Assembly (NCBI GenBank): GCA_003599865.1
Contig: QZKS01000088.1
Location: 6,682-70,681, forward strand
DNA from: Desulfobacteraceae bacterium
GTDB taxonomy: Bacteria > Desulfobacterota > Desulfobacteria > Desulfobacterales > SURF-7
Direction of reading: 5' to 3'
Length of the DNA: 64,000 nt
Shown: piece by piece, positions 1 through 9,588 of the stretch
Layout: each line of letters opens with the position of its first letter
Position numbering within the stretch: the stretch's first letter is position 1
Program-made: the position numbers and the translations under genes
The notes under the pieces: model-generated
Told to the model about the DNA's origin: nothing
Databases searched by the model: none
The model's input: only the letters and a program-made list of their open reading frames with translations

Positions 1-122
1 AAGTGACAAATGGTTGTGTATCGTAAGGACATTCCACCGATCATAATATAAACATGATTTTTATCTGAGATCCGCTCGCAGCATTCGATATTGATGATAG
101 CTGAAAAACAATTGGATGAGAG

Positions 123-965
123 ATGAATCGAAGAATTTTTTTAACATTGGCTGTATCAACTGTTTTTAGCCTTGGCCGTTTTCCATGGGTTTGGGCAAAG
201 AGCGTTGAGCCCGACACGAGTAACCGGTTCCGGATTCAAGATGTTTCCTTAAAAGATTACCTTCATAAGATGAGGAATTTTGATGTGCCGCATATGGAGG
301 ACATTTATGTCGAACCGGAAGATTGTCATTTTCTGGAATCAGTCGTTTTCCGATTTAGAAAAATAATTAAAATGGTCGGGCACGGAAACTTTGCGCTGCT
401 CAGCTTGGACGAGGCCATTCAGACAGCAAGAAATTATCAAGACGTCGGTTGTTTTTCCGAAAATGAATTGATTTTTCTGGAGAAAATTTTTTATACGGAA
501 TCCTCCGTCTATGGATTTCTGGACGATAAGCCCTTGAAGAATCTGACCGATCGGATTGATAAACAACGAACAGTAAAAATACCCTATTCGGGAAATTATC
601 TCTATCAGGGGCACCCTTTTGAAACCTATCAGCAAATTAAAAACAGTATTGGCGAAAATGTTATTTTAACATCCGGATTACGAAGTATTGTCAAACAGTT
701 TTATCTTTTTTTAAACAAGGTATACACCAATCAGGGTAATCTTTCTCTTGCATCACGATCACTCGCGCCGCCCGGCTATTCCTTTCACGGTATAGGCGAT
801 TTTGATGTAGGGCAGGTAAATTTCGGGGAATTTAATTTTACGGAAAAATTTACAGATTCGGGAGTGTATAAAAAATTAACCGATCTCGGGTATTCCGGAT
901 TTCGGTATCCTGATGGAAATCAGCTCGGCGTTCGTTTTGAACCATGGCATATCAAAGTGAGCTGA
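123..965 (+). CDS. Secreted peptidase M15 / VanY-like D-alanyl-D-alanine carboxypeptidase family protein
   Basis: 280-aa ORF with a signal-like N-terminus (MNRRIFLTLAVSTVFSLGRFPWVWA). It carries an SxHxxGxxxD-like motif (YSFHGIGDFDVG) and a C-terminal EPWH (FEPWHIKV), typical of VanY/M15 zinc peptidases. Confidence 0.6.
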   Translation: MNRRIFLTLAVSTVFSLGRFPWVWAKSVEPDTSNRFRIQDVSLKDYLHKMRNFDVPHMEDIYVEPEDCHFLESVVFRFRKIIKMVGHGNFALLSLDEAIQTARNYQDVGCFSENELIFLEKIFYTESSVYGFLDDKPLKNLTDRIDKQRTVKIPYSGNYLYQGHPFETYQQIKNSIGENVILTSGLRSIVKQFYLFLNKVYTNQGNLSLASRSLAPPGYSFHGIGDFDVGQVNFGEFNFTEKFTDSGVYKKLTDLGYSGFRYPDGNQLGVRFEPWHIKVS

Positions 966-989
966 TTTCCGGAAAACAGGATATCCGTT

Positions 990-2240
990 TCAATGTTTAA
1001 AACTTCTTTGTCCGGTCAGAACCATTGTTGCTCCCACTTCGTTGCAGGCTTCTATCGACTGATAATCATTTAACGATCCTCCGGGCTGGATGACGGAAAG
1101 AATACCTTCCTTCAGGCCGATATCAATTCCATCTCGAAACGGGAAAAAGGCATCACTGACCATGCTTGCACCAAGGAGCCCTCCCTTTTCGCGGGCCACC
1201 TTGTCATCGATTTCTTTTTTCTGATCCGGATCTTTCAGATCAGTGTAAGCAATTTTGTATATTTCCCAGGAATATCGATCCGCCAGTTTCCGGTATGCCT
1301 TATCCCGGGCAATTTCGGCAACACCAACCCGGTCCTGTTCTCCGGTTCCGATGCCGATAGTAACTTCGTTTTTCACATAGATGACCGAGTTGGAGGTAAT
1401 TCCGGATTCAACAAGCCATCCAAACAATAAATCATTAAATTCCTGATCGCTGGGTTCCCGTTTGATTCTATAAACCTTGCCTTGATATTCACATTCGGCT
1501 AGTTTTACATCATTTTTGGTTCGGGCCTGTGGAACAAAAGACCATTGCACGATCTGGCCGCCATCCATCAGGCTTTTAAATTCAATACAGCGTTTACCAA
1601 TAAAATCCTGAAGCCGGTGAATGTTGCCGATACGAATAACCCGGAGATTTTTTCGTTGGCCCAGAATGCCCAGAACACCTTCTTCAAAATCAGGGGCTGC
1701 AACGACTTCCGCATATTGCGAAGCAATGGCGGAAGCGGTTTCTTTATCAACCGCTTGATTCAGAGCGATACAGCCGCCAAAAGCGGCGACCCGGTCAGCC
1801 ATATAAGCTTTTTGGTAGGCGTCAGCCAGTGAATCGGATCTGGCTACCCCACAGGGATTGTTATGTTTTACGATGACCACGGTTGGTTTGTCCTTGAAAT
1901 ATCGCAGAATATTCAATGCATTGTCCGCATCCGTCAGATTTGTTTTTCCCGGGTGTTTTCCGGACTGAAGCAACTCGATATCCGATGCCAGATATTGTCC
2001 CGGCGCAATGGTCTGTGTCTGTCCCAGCACCAGATTCCCGTTTACCAGTTTGTATAGTGCGGCCTCCTGTCCGGGATTTTCACCATAACGGAGTCCTTTT
2101 TGAATGTTATCAATTGTCCAGGCGACCTTTTGATAGAAAAGGGTTTGCCTTTTTCCATTGTCAATAAAACTGATTTCCATTTCCGGTGTGAAATGGTCAT
2201 CCATAATGGTTTTGTACATCTGTTTCAGATCTTCCGGCAT
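990..2240 (-). CDS. purH: AICAR transformylase (PurH C-terminal-domain-type, stand-alone)
   Basis: AICARFT-type sequence (VVIVKHNNPCGVA; C-terminal VIQPGGSLND...LTGQRSFKH). The ORF opens at 2270, but the ATG at 2240 is preceded by AAGAGGAG plus 6 nt, so 2240 was chosen. Confidence 0.8.
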   Translation of the reverse strand: MPEDLKQMYKTIMDDHFTPEMEISFIDNGKRQTLFYQKVAWTIDNIQKGLRYGENPGQEAALYKLVNGNLVLGQTQTIAPGQYLASDIELLQSGKHPGKTNLTDADNALNILRYFKDKPTVVIVKHNNPCGVARSDSLADAYQKAYMADRVAAFGGCIALNQAVDKETASAIASQYAEVVAAPDFEEGVLGILGQRKNLRVIRIGNIHRLQDFIGKRCIEFKSLMDGGQIVQWSFVPQARTKNDVKLAECEYQGKVYRIKREPSDQEFNDLLFGWLVESGITSNSVIYVKNEVTIGIGTGEQDRVGVAEIARDKAYRKLADRYSWEIYKIAYTDLKDPDQKKEIDDKVAREKGGLLGASMVSDAFFPFRDGIDIGLKEGILSVIQPGGSLNDYQSIEACNEVGATMVLTGQRSFKH

Positions 2241-2279
2241 ATCGATCTCCTCTTGATATTCAGGATTCATTCAGTAGCG

Positions 2280-2993
2280 TTACAGGTTATAACAATTGCG
2301 AACTTCATCAACGGATTTAGACGTGAAGTAATCCGCAATGGCCGCATCGTATTCGGCAGTATGTTTAAACGCCTTACCGGCAAGTTTATAGCGTATGTCC
2401 AGGGTCGTGCATCCATGGTTTGCTTTCAGGCATGAAATGATCTGCGGATAATCGGAAGGATCGATAACCGATGCAACCCGTAAATGATTTTTGGCGGAGG
2501 CTCGAATCATGCAAGGACCACCGATGTCGATATTTCCGCGAGCCATCTCCGGTGTGGTGTTGTGTTGTGCAATGGTTTGCTGAAAAGGATACAGGTTTAC
2601 AACGACCATATCAATGGGAACGCCATTGGTACGTTGCAGGTCTGATTGATGGGAATCGTTGTAGGTTTCGGTCAGAAGTCCGAGATAGATTTTAAAATCA
2701 AGAGTTTTAACCAGCCCTCCCTGGGTTTCCGGCTGGCCGGTATAGTCAGAGACCGGTGTCAGGTTGAATTTCCAATTCTTTCCCAGGATCTCTTTGAGTT
2801 TTGAAAATGTGCCGCCGGTTGATAAAAAATGTATCTCCGGATTGATTTCAAGAAGTCCCGGAACAAACAGCGCAAGACCGGTTTTATCGGATACACTCAC
2901 CAGAACGTGTTGAACCTTTACCAGGTCGTCAATTTTGTTTACAATATTGATACTCATAGCATGTAATCGGCAGCAGCCGAAACCTCCCTTCAT
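2280..2993 (-). CDS. purH: IMP cyclohydrolase (PurH N-terminal MGS-like domain, stand-alone)
   Basis: Contains HVLVSVSDKTGL and DIGGPCMIRASAKNH, as in the IMPCH half of PurH. Its TAA stop lies 9 nt before the ORF opening (ATG 2270) of the AICARFT gene. The start is uncertain (2993 or the internal ATG at 2957). Confidence 0.75.
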   Translation of the reverse strand: MKGGFGCCRLHAMSINIVNKIDDLVKVQHVLVSVSDKTGLALFVPGLLEINPEIHFLSTGGTFSKLKEILGKNWKFNLTPVSDYTGQPETQGGLVKTLDFKIYLGLLTETYNDSHQSDLQRTNGVPIDMVVVNLYPFQQTIAQHNTTPEMARGNIDIGGPCMIRASAKNHLRVASVIDPSDYPQIISCLKANHGCTTLDIRYKLAGKAFKHTAEYDAAIADYFTSKSVDEVRNCYNL

Positions 2994-3158
2994 GATTGTT
3001 TCAATTTCCGGATCGGTTTGTCATACGCGGGACAAAAGATCTTGAAGCACTTGTCAACTACTTGTTTTTCCCACATTAAGATAGTCCGGCCGGTCCGTCA
3101 AGAAAGGAATCGGAAAAAATCATGAAATGGATATTGTGCCTTGGGGAATGATCCGTAT

Positions 3159-3187
3159 TTGACACCGCATGGAGAAACCCTTATATT
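3159..3187 (+). promoter_or_regulatory. Candidate sigma70-type promoter upstream of pepA
   Basis: TTGACA (3159-3164), a 17-nt spacer, then TATATT (3182-3187), about 85 nt upstream of the proposed pepA start. Confidence 0.4.
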
Positions 3188-3272
3188 TTCAACATTAAAA
3201 ATGAATTCACCAAGATGTAATCAAAAAAACCAATATATCGGACTGTCATTGTGAATGGAAAGGAGATGCGTC

Positions 3273-4736
3273 GTGTTACAATTAATCTCAACTGGACTGC
3301 AGAAGGTAACCGCGGATGCGATTGTAATTCCAGTATGTGAAGATAGAACGATCTATGTGGATAAAACAATTGTCGCATGGATTCAGGAGGCGAAAAAATT
3401 TCAGGAATTCAAAGGACGCAAATCCGATGAGGTAACGCTTTATCATGTACCGGAGGTAAAACCGGAACGGATTATTTTTTCAGGGTTGGGAAAATTTTCG
3501 GAAATAAACCCGGAAACATTCCGGGGCCTGATCGGTGGTATTGTTCAGTCGAGCATCAAAAAAGAATTTTCACATATTCTGATTGCCGCACCTGATGAAG
3601 AAAAGCTGGATCATCCGATCGAGCTGATTATAGAGGCCATGCTGGAAGGAGCGTGTCTTGGAAACCATATTTTTGATCGTTATAAAAAAGAAAAAAAATA
3701 CAAGGCGCTGAAAAAGATCGGTGTACTGACATCTTCGAATATCGTAAAAAAATTGCGGCATCTTCCGGATCGCATCCAGACAATCTGCGAAGGGACGATT
3801 ATGGCAAGAAACTGGGTTTCAACCCCTCCGAATGAAAAAAAACCAGAGCAGTTTTCCCGTGAAATTGCGCGTCTGGCAGGAAAGGAAAAACTAAAGGTCC
3901 GCGTGATTCAAGAAGGAGAATTGAAAAAACTGAAGATGAATGCAATGCTGGCGGTTGCGGCTGGAAGCGAGAGCAGTGCGAGGCTTGTTATCTTGGAGCA
4001 TGAGCCCGGGGATTCAAAACAGACGATCGTACTGGTAGGAAAAGGTGTTACCTTTGATTCCGGGGGGATCAACTTAAAACCATCCGGTTCATTGGAAGAT
4101 ATGAAGATGGACATGGCCGGCGCTGCAGCAGTGGCGGCAACCATGATCACCGCTGCAAGGCTTGGGATACGGAAAAGACTGATCGGCGTTATCCCGATTG
4201 TGGAAAACATGCCGTCGGGAAGTGCTACACGCCCGGGAGATATTGTCAGAAGTTATGCCGGCAAAACAGTTGAAATCGGAAATACCGATGCAGAAGGAAG
4301 GTTGATTCTGATTGACGCCATTTCCTATGCCATTAAAAAATTCAGGCCGGATACCGTGATTGATCTGGCGACCTTAACCGGTGCCTGCGTGATGGCCCTT
4401 GGGGAAAAAATTGCGGGAGTGTTCTCGCCCGATGATGATTTGTCCAATATGCTCATTTCTGCCGGTGAAAAAACGTATGAACGATGCTGGCGTCTGCCAT
4501 TGCCGGAAGATTACAAAGAATTGATTAAAAGCGATCTGGCAGATATCAAAAATCTTGCGAGTTCGAGAATGGGCGGAGCGATTACGGCCGCATTATTTCT
4601 TTCCGAATTTGCAGATGTTTCAAAATGGGCTCATATCGACATTGCCGGTCCTGCATTTGCCAAAAAAGGAACAACCTATTGTCCGAAAGGCGGGACCGGG
4701 TTTGGGGTGCGTCTGCTTTGTGAGGTGTTGAAATAG
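3273..4736 (+). CDS. pepA: Leucyl aminopeptidase (M17)
   Basis: M17 signature NTDAEGRL and VGKGVTFDSGG. The ORF opens at 3255, but the GTG at 3273 follows AAGGAGA plus 6 nt. Confidence 0.9.
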   Translation: MLQLISTGLQKVTADAIVIPVCEDRTIYVDKTIVAWIQEAKKFQEFKGRKSDEVTLYHVPEVKPERIIFSGLGKFSEINPETFRGLIGGIVQSSIKKEFSHILIAAPDEEKLDHPIELIIEAMLEGACLGNHIFDRYKKEKKYKALKKIGVLTSSNIVKKLRHLPDRIQTICEGTIMARNWVSTPPNEKKPEQFSREIARLAGKEKLKVRVIQEGELKKLKMNAMLAVAAGSESSARLVILEHEPGDSKQTIVLVGKGVTFDSGGINLKPSGSLEDMKMDMAGAAAVAATMITAARLGIRKRLIGVIPIVENMPSGSATRPGDIVRSYAGKTVEIGNTDAEGRLILIDAISYAIKKFRPDTVIDLATLTGACVMALGEKIAGVFSPDDDLSNMLISAGEKTYERCWRLPLPEDYKELIKSDLADIKNLASSRMGGAITAALFLSEFADVSKWAHIDIAGPAFAKKGTTYCPKGGTGFGVRLLCEVLK

Positions 4737-4759
4737 AGGGAATAAGTGTTTTCTGCACA

Positions 4760-4791
4760 AACGGCTGTTGATGATTATGACGACAGCCGTT
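4760..4791. terminator. Hairpin between convergent pepA and the response-regulator gene
   Basis: 9-bp stem AACGGCTGT (4760-4768) / ACAGCCGTT (4783-4791) with a 14-nt loop. The right arm lies in the last codons of the minus-strand gene. There is no clear U-tract on either side. Confidence 0.3.
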
Positions 4792-5158
4792 GCAGTTTGT
4801 CAAAAGCGCCGTCAACAGCCTGTTTGATTGTTGCGGTTGTTGCCGGTTTTCTGAGGTAGCCATCAAAACCGACTTCTTCTAATTTTTCCGCTTGATAGGA
4901 TTCAATAAATCCTGACAAGGCATAGATAATGGAGTTTTGATTTTTCGAGCGAATACGTTTGCATAGCTTTGTGCCATCCATGCCGGGCATACTCAAGTCT
5001 GTAATGATCAGAGGAAAGTATTCCTTTTTCAGTATTTCCAATGCCTCCACAGGGCCGGAAGAGAGTGTCACCGAATAACCCATTTTCCGTAAAACACGCC
5101 GCATGATATCTCTTTGGGACTCTTCATCATCCACAAATAAAATTTTTTTTTCAATCAT
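4775..5158 (-). CDS. Single-domain response regulator (CheY-like receiver)
   Basis: 127 aa containing ILFVDDE...PLIITDLSMPGMDG...ALSG, the canonical receiver acidic pocket and phospho-acceptor Asp context. No output domain is present. Confidence 0.85.
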   Translation of the reverse strand: MIEKKILFVDDEESQRDIMRRVLRKMGYSVTLSSGPVEALEILKKEYFPLIITDLSMPGMDGTKLCKRIRSKNQNSIIYALSGFIESYQAEKLEEVGFDGYLRKPATTATIKQAVDGAFDKLQRLSS

Positions 5159-5397
5159 TGGTTTCCCTTGCCGGAATATGTGCCTTAAACCAAGGTCAAA
5201 AGTGAATGGTTGTTTTGTTATTAGTGTTCAGGGTTCTGTGAGTTGCGACGGATATGAGATATACGCAGGCACACTCAATGTAAAAAACATTATACTATGG
5301 GAATGAATAACATGCAAGGGGATGTGTGGATCAAAAAGCCAATGCCAAGCTTCGGGGGTGCAATATTTCATTGGGGCAAGATCCGCTTCCTGTTGAA

Positions 5398-6174
5398 TTA
5401 AGGAGATACACTTTTTGCAAAACGAAATATTTTTTGAGTAATTTTTTTTCTGTCGTCAGACGAAAATGTACGTTCAACAAACATGACCTCACCGGACCTT
5501 TTGATGGTCAGCAAGGATGAGCATCGGGTTCCATAAATATCGCTGTCGATAAAAATGGGGGCGAGAATTTTTTCCCATCTCTGTCCGACTCCGGTGTCCG
5601 GAAGTTGATCATCCGGTGGTGACGACCGGTCTCCCAGAACCTGAAAGGTGTCTTGGATATCGATTCCCGATCTGGAAAAAACAGATTTGAGTTTCGATTT
5701 TCCCTGGATAACCTTCGGCCATGGTGTATTCAACAAGTGATTGCTAAGTCCGTGAAAACCGCCTGGAACATTCATTGCTGCGGAAGAATGGTTGGAATAA
5801 TACCAAAGCTGGTCTTTCTCTCCGACCAATAGATTAAAGCCATGGTATTGATGTCCGGTATGTTGAATCTGCTTGATATAGTTTTCCGGAGATGATTGAC
5901 CGCAAAGAAAGTTACGGACCAGATTCCCCCGTGTGGGCGCTTTTTTTTTCCGATCAAATGGATCTCGAAAATTCGTGATGGCGGCATACCGTAATGAGCG
6001 GGTAATTCCGAGCCATGTTCCCCCGCCAACCAAGTCTTTTCCGGCTAAAACCGATGGGTTGTCCTCCCAGAAATCAAGCGGTTTTGCAGGACGGTCAAAA
6101 AATTCATCCCGGTTTGCTGCCAGAATCAGGAGGTAGTCAGGATGCTGGTTATAGGAAAAAAGAATCAGGCACAT
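5398..6174 (-). CDS. NRDE family protein (TANGO2/DUF833-like)
   Basis: N-terminus MCLILFSY...LILAANRDEF carries the family-defining Cys2 and NRDE motif. Confidence 0.8.
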   Translation of the reverse strand: MCLILFSYNQHPDYLLILAANRDEFFDRPAKPLDFWEDNPSVLAGKDLVGGGTWLGITRSLRYAAITNFRDPFDRKKKAPTRGNLVRNFLCGQSSPENYIKQIQHTGHQYHGFNLLVGEKDQLWYYSNHSSAAMNVPGGFHGLSNHLLNTPWPKVIQGKSKLKSVFSRSGIDIQDTFQVLGDRSSPPDDQLPDTGVGQRWEKILAPIFIDSDIYGTRCSSLLTIKRSGEVMFVERTFSSDDRKKITQKIFRFAKSVSP

Positions 6175-6346
6175 ACGCTCATTATTGACCTCAGGTTGTT
6201 TTTTATGGTAGTTTCCAATCTTTATTCAATCATTTATATCTGTCTGATCAAGAATATCCAATTCATTTCACATATTCAGGCATGATACTGACGATCATAA
6301 CAAAATTGCAGAGGTTTTTAAATATCATTAGACGGAGGATTTGATC

Positions 6347-7636
6347 ATGAAGGAAGTCGTTATTGTCGGAGGATCAAGGACAGCCATCGCCTCATTTGGC
6401 GGCTCTTTACAAACTGTTCCCGTTGTTGAACTGGGTGCAATTGTAATGAAAGATGTTCTGAAGAAGGCCGGACTCAGGCCGGTTCTGAGCGATGAAATGA
6501 AAGCCATGGCACCGGATAAATTAAAAAATCAGGGAAAGATTGATCTGGAAAAAAGTTTGTATGAATGGAATGACAACCTCGCTCCGGTTGTGATCGATGA
6601 AGTGATTATGGGAAATGTCCTGCAGGCGGCACAGGGACAGAATACAGCAAGACAGGCGATGGTTCGAGCCGGCATTCCAAAGGAAACCCCCGCTTTTACG
6701 GCAAATAAGATTTGCGGTTCCGGATTAAAGGCAATTGCTCTTGGCGCAACTGAAATTATGGCCGGACAAGCGGATGTTGTTCTTGCCGGTGGTCAGGAAA
6801 ATATGAGTCTTGCACCGATGGCTTTGCCCAAAGCACGCTGGGGACACCGGATGGAATTGACCGGGACCGGGGATATCTATGACTTGATGGTATTTGATGG
6901 GCTTTATGAAATTTTTTATGGATATCATATGGGGCTGACAGCTGAAAATATTGTTGATCTTTACGGTATCAGTCGGCAGGAACAGGATGAGCTTTCCGTC
7001 TTGAGTCACCAGAGAGCGTTAAAGGCAATCCATGACGGTCTTTTTGCACAGGAGATTGTGCCGGTGATCACCAAATCCCGAAAAGGCGAAATTGTTTTTG
7101 ATCGGGATGAGCGGCCTATGGAAACCAGTCTTGAAAAAATGGCAAAACTACGTCCGGCTTTTAAAAAGGATGGGAGTGTAACAGCCGGTAATGCATCTGG
7201 AATTAATGATGCAGCAGCAGCGGTTTTGCTGATGAGTGCGGAAAAGGCAAAAGAAATGGGATTGGAGCCGATCGTCAAGATTAAAGGTTTTGCTTCCGGC
7301 GGTCTTGATCCCGCCTACATGGGTCTTGGTCCTGTCCCTGCGGTACGAAAGGTTCTGCGTTCTTGTGGAATGACAATCCATGATATGGATATGATCGAGC
7401 TGAATGAAGCCTTTGCCGCACAGGCAATTGGGTGCATGCGGGAACTCGGAATCGAGGTTGAGAAACCCAATGAGCTTGGCAGCGGTATTTCTTTAGGCCA
7501 TCCGATCGGGGCAACCGGAGCACGGCAGATGGTATCGGGAATGTATCAAATGAAACGGAAAGGATATCAGACCGGATTGATTACCATGTGTATCGGCGGT
7601 GGTATGGGGCTTGCCATGGTTGTTGAGCGGGTTTAA
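6347..7636 (+). CDS. Acetyl-CoA C-acetyltransferase (thiolase II)
   Basis: Thiolase motifs are present: NKICGSGLKA (active-site Cys), NEAFAAQ, GHPIGATGAR and CIGGGMG. The ATG at 6347 follows GGAGGA plus 7 nt. Confidence 0.9.
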   Translation: MKEVVIVGGSRTAIASFGGSLQTVPVVELGAIVMKDVLKKAGLRPVLSDEMKAMAPDKLKNQGKIDLEKSLYEWNDNLAPVVIDEVIMGNVLQAAQGQNTARQAMVRAGIPKETPAFTANKICGSGLKAIALGATEIMAGQADVVLAGGQENMSLAPMALPKARWGHRMELTGTGDIYDLMVFDGLYEIFYGYHMGLTAENIVDLYGISRQEQDELSVLSHQRALKAIHDGLFAQEIVPVITKSRKGEIVFDRDERPMETSLEKMAKLRPAFKKDGSVTAGNASGINDAAAAVLLMSAEKAKEMGLEPIVKIKGFASGGLDPAYMGLGPVPAVRKVLRSCGMTIHDMDMIELNEAFAAQAIGCMRELGIEVEKPNELGSGISLGHPIGATGARQMVSGMYQMKRKGYQTGLITMCIGGGMGLAMVVERV

Positions 7637-7665
7637 TTTAAAAACAAATAGAATAAACATACAAA

Positions 7666-7698
7666 CGGCCTGATGATAAAATCGGGCCGTTTTTTTTG
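7666..7698 (+). terminator. Rho-independent terminator after the thiolase gene
   Basis: Stem ACGGCC (7666-7671) / GGCCGT (7686-7691) followed by a run of 8 T. Confidence 0.65.
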
Positions 7699-7972
7699 AT
7701 TTCAGAGAAGTATTTGCCTATATCATATTGAAAAAATAATAAAAAGCGATTAAAGAGGTGCTGACGCCGGAGCAGTCCGCTCACATGATTTCAAAGATTT
7801 TATTTGCTCTTTTTTCAGAAGGAAAATCGAATAAAAACAGTCTCTAAAAAAGAAATCAAACTTCCTATTTTTTGCTTTACTTAACCAGGCCGAATTGCTA
7901 AAACCATGACAGTCTCGAGAAAGAAGATGGTATGAGAAGGTTGATCATGATCAAAACGGACAACAGGAGATA

Positions 7973-8137
7973 ATGAAAAAAATGAGTATTACCAGGAAGT
8001 TGGGCATTTTGGTTTTTTTTATGGTACCCGCTATTATCGGTGGTGGAATCATCTATCATGCTTTTCATAATTACACGCCGGTTGTTGTCTATGAGCTGAT
8101 TCTTTATTTGATTGCAGGCGGGTTTCTCAGCAAATAA
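7973..8137 (+). CDS. Small two-TM membrane protein (54 aa, below the ORF-track cutoff)
   Basis: Hand translation gives MKKMSITRKLGILVFFMVPAIIGGGIIYHAFHNYTPVVVYELILYLIAGGFLSK*. AGGAGA sits 3 nt upstream of the ATG. There are two hydrophobic spans and a positively charged N-terminus. Confidence 0.45.
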   Translation: MKKMSITRKLGILVFFMVPAIIGGGIIYHAFHNYTPVVVYELILYLIAGGFLSK

Positions 8138-8384
8138 GATCATATCGTTTTCGCTGAAAACAAACCGGTCTTGCAGGTACATTATTTTCGGAGAGATCCT
8201 GGTGAATAGGATGGGACATCATCCATCATTGCCCTTGAGGGTGGCCGGTTAAGGAAAAGTCACCGGTTTCTTATATCTCAAATCCTGTCAACCGATTAAC
8301 CTGCCTGTTGTATGATATCTTAAAGTGTCAAGGTTGAAACTGTTTTTTTGGAGAGCGATCTGTTGATTGTCAATATTTTATGTG

Positions 8385-9497
8385 ATGAATTCATTGGGGA
8401 AAGCAATGCAGGATCGAACAAATAGCGATCTGATTTTCTGGTTTTTCTTGGGATTGTTTTTAATCTCATTTTTTTTAATCGGATGGTTGCTGTTGCCGTT
8501 TCTGTCGACGATTGTGCTTGCCGCGGTTATTACCGGTGTTTTTAATCCGGTTTATCGGTACATGACGAAAACATTTCGAATCCGCCAGGCCTTTTCTGCT
8601 TTGATCACCTGTATTCTGATATTTTTTATTCTGTTTGTTCCCATTCTTTTTTTTACCGGTATTTTATCAAAAGAAGCGTATGATGTTTATCTGTTGGGTA
8701 AAACAGCTGTTTTGGATGGTCAGATTAAAAAGTTTCTGGAAAGTAACCATGTGATTGAAAAAACGAACATATTGCTTTCCAATATCAACATTCAGGTTTC
8801 CATAGAAGACCTGAATCGATCCCTGTCTGAACTGGGAAAAGAGTTTGGCTTATTTCTGTTTGACCAGATAAAATTAATTACCTCCAATATATTCAGTGTT
8901 GTTGCCAACTTTTTTTTCATGCTGCTGATTATCTTTTTTCTGTTGATGGACAGTGCGAAATTAATTGATTTTATTGTTGACTTGTCCCCTCTTCCCAAGG
9001 ATCAGGATGAAAAGCTGATTCAAAAATTCAAGGAGATGGCCGGTGCTATTTTAATCGGCAACGGTCTTGGCGGCATGATTCAGGGAACCATCGGTGGAAT
9101 TGTTTTTGCGATGTTTGGGTTAAATGCTCCCTTTTTATGGGGTGTTTTAATGGCTCTTCTGGCATTTTTGCCGATTGTAGGAATCGGTGTTGTGTTTCTT
9201 CCCACGGCCGTGTTTATGTTCATTAAGGGACGAATGTTTGCCGGCATTTTTTTTATTGTTTTTTATATGATTTTATCCTTTGGAATTGAGTATATTTTCA
9301 AACCAAAAATTGTAGGAAACAAGGTTAAGATGCATACTTTGCTGGTTTTTCTCGCCATAATTGGAGGGATGAAGTTATTTGGAATTTTAGGGATCATCTA
9401 TGGTCCTTTGATTGTTACCTGTTTTTTAACCATGGTGGATATTTATCATGAAAATTATCAGAAGATGGTGGAGCCGATCAATATTTTATCTGACTGA
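8385..9497 (+). CDS. AI-2E family transporter (PerM/UPF0118)
   Basis: Polytopic membrane protein with the C-terminal pattern typical of AI-2E/PerM proteins (GGMIQGTIGG...FLPIVG...KPKIVGNKVKMH). The start is ambiguous: TTG 8367, ATG 8385 or ATG 8406. Confidence 0.7.
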   Translation: MNSLGKAMQDRTNSDLIFWFFLGLFLISFFLIGWLLLPFLSTIVLAAVITGVFNPVYRYMTKTFRIRQAFSALITCILIFFILFVPILFFTGILSKEAYDVYLLGKTAVLDGQIKKFLESNHVIEKTNILLSNINIQVSIEDLNRSLSELGKEFGLFLFDQIKLITSNIFSVVANFFFMLLIIFFLLMDSAKLIDFIVDLSPLPKDQDEKLIQKFKEMAGAILIGNGLGGMIQGTIGGIVFAMFGLNAPFLWGVLMALLAFLPIVGIGVVFLPTAVFMFIKGRMFAGIFFIVFYMILSFGIEYIFKPKIVGNKVKMHTLLVFLAIIGGMKLFGILGIIYGPLIVTCFLTMVDIYHENYQKMVEPINILSD

Positions 9498-9588
9498 AGA
9501 AGAGCTGTAACCGGTTACGCAGAAGTGTTAAGATCAGGGTTGTTAATTTTACTATTTGGAGATCACTGATATTTTCAGTTGAAAGAGA

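Noticed and set aside
7898-8182. 94-aa minus-strand ORF in the gap after the thiolase gene
   Set aside because: It has no RBS, and it overlaps the RBS-supported 54-aa two-TM ORF on the plus strand, which is the more plausible reading.
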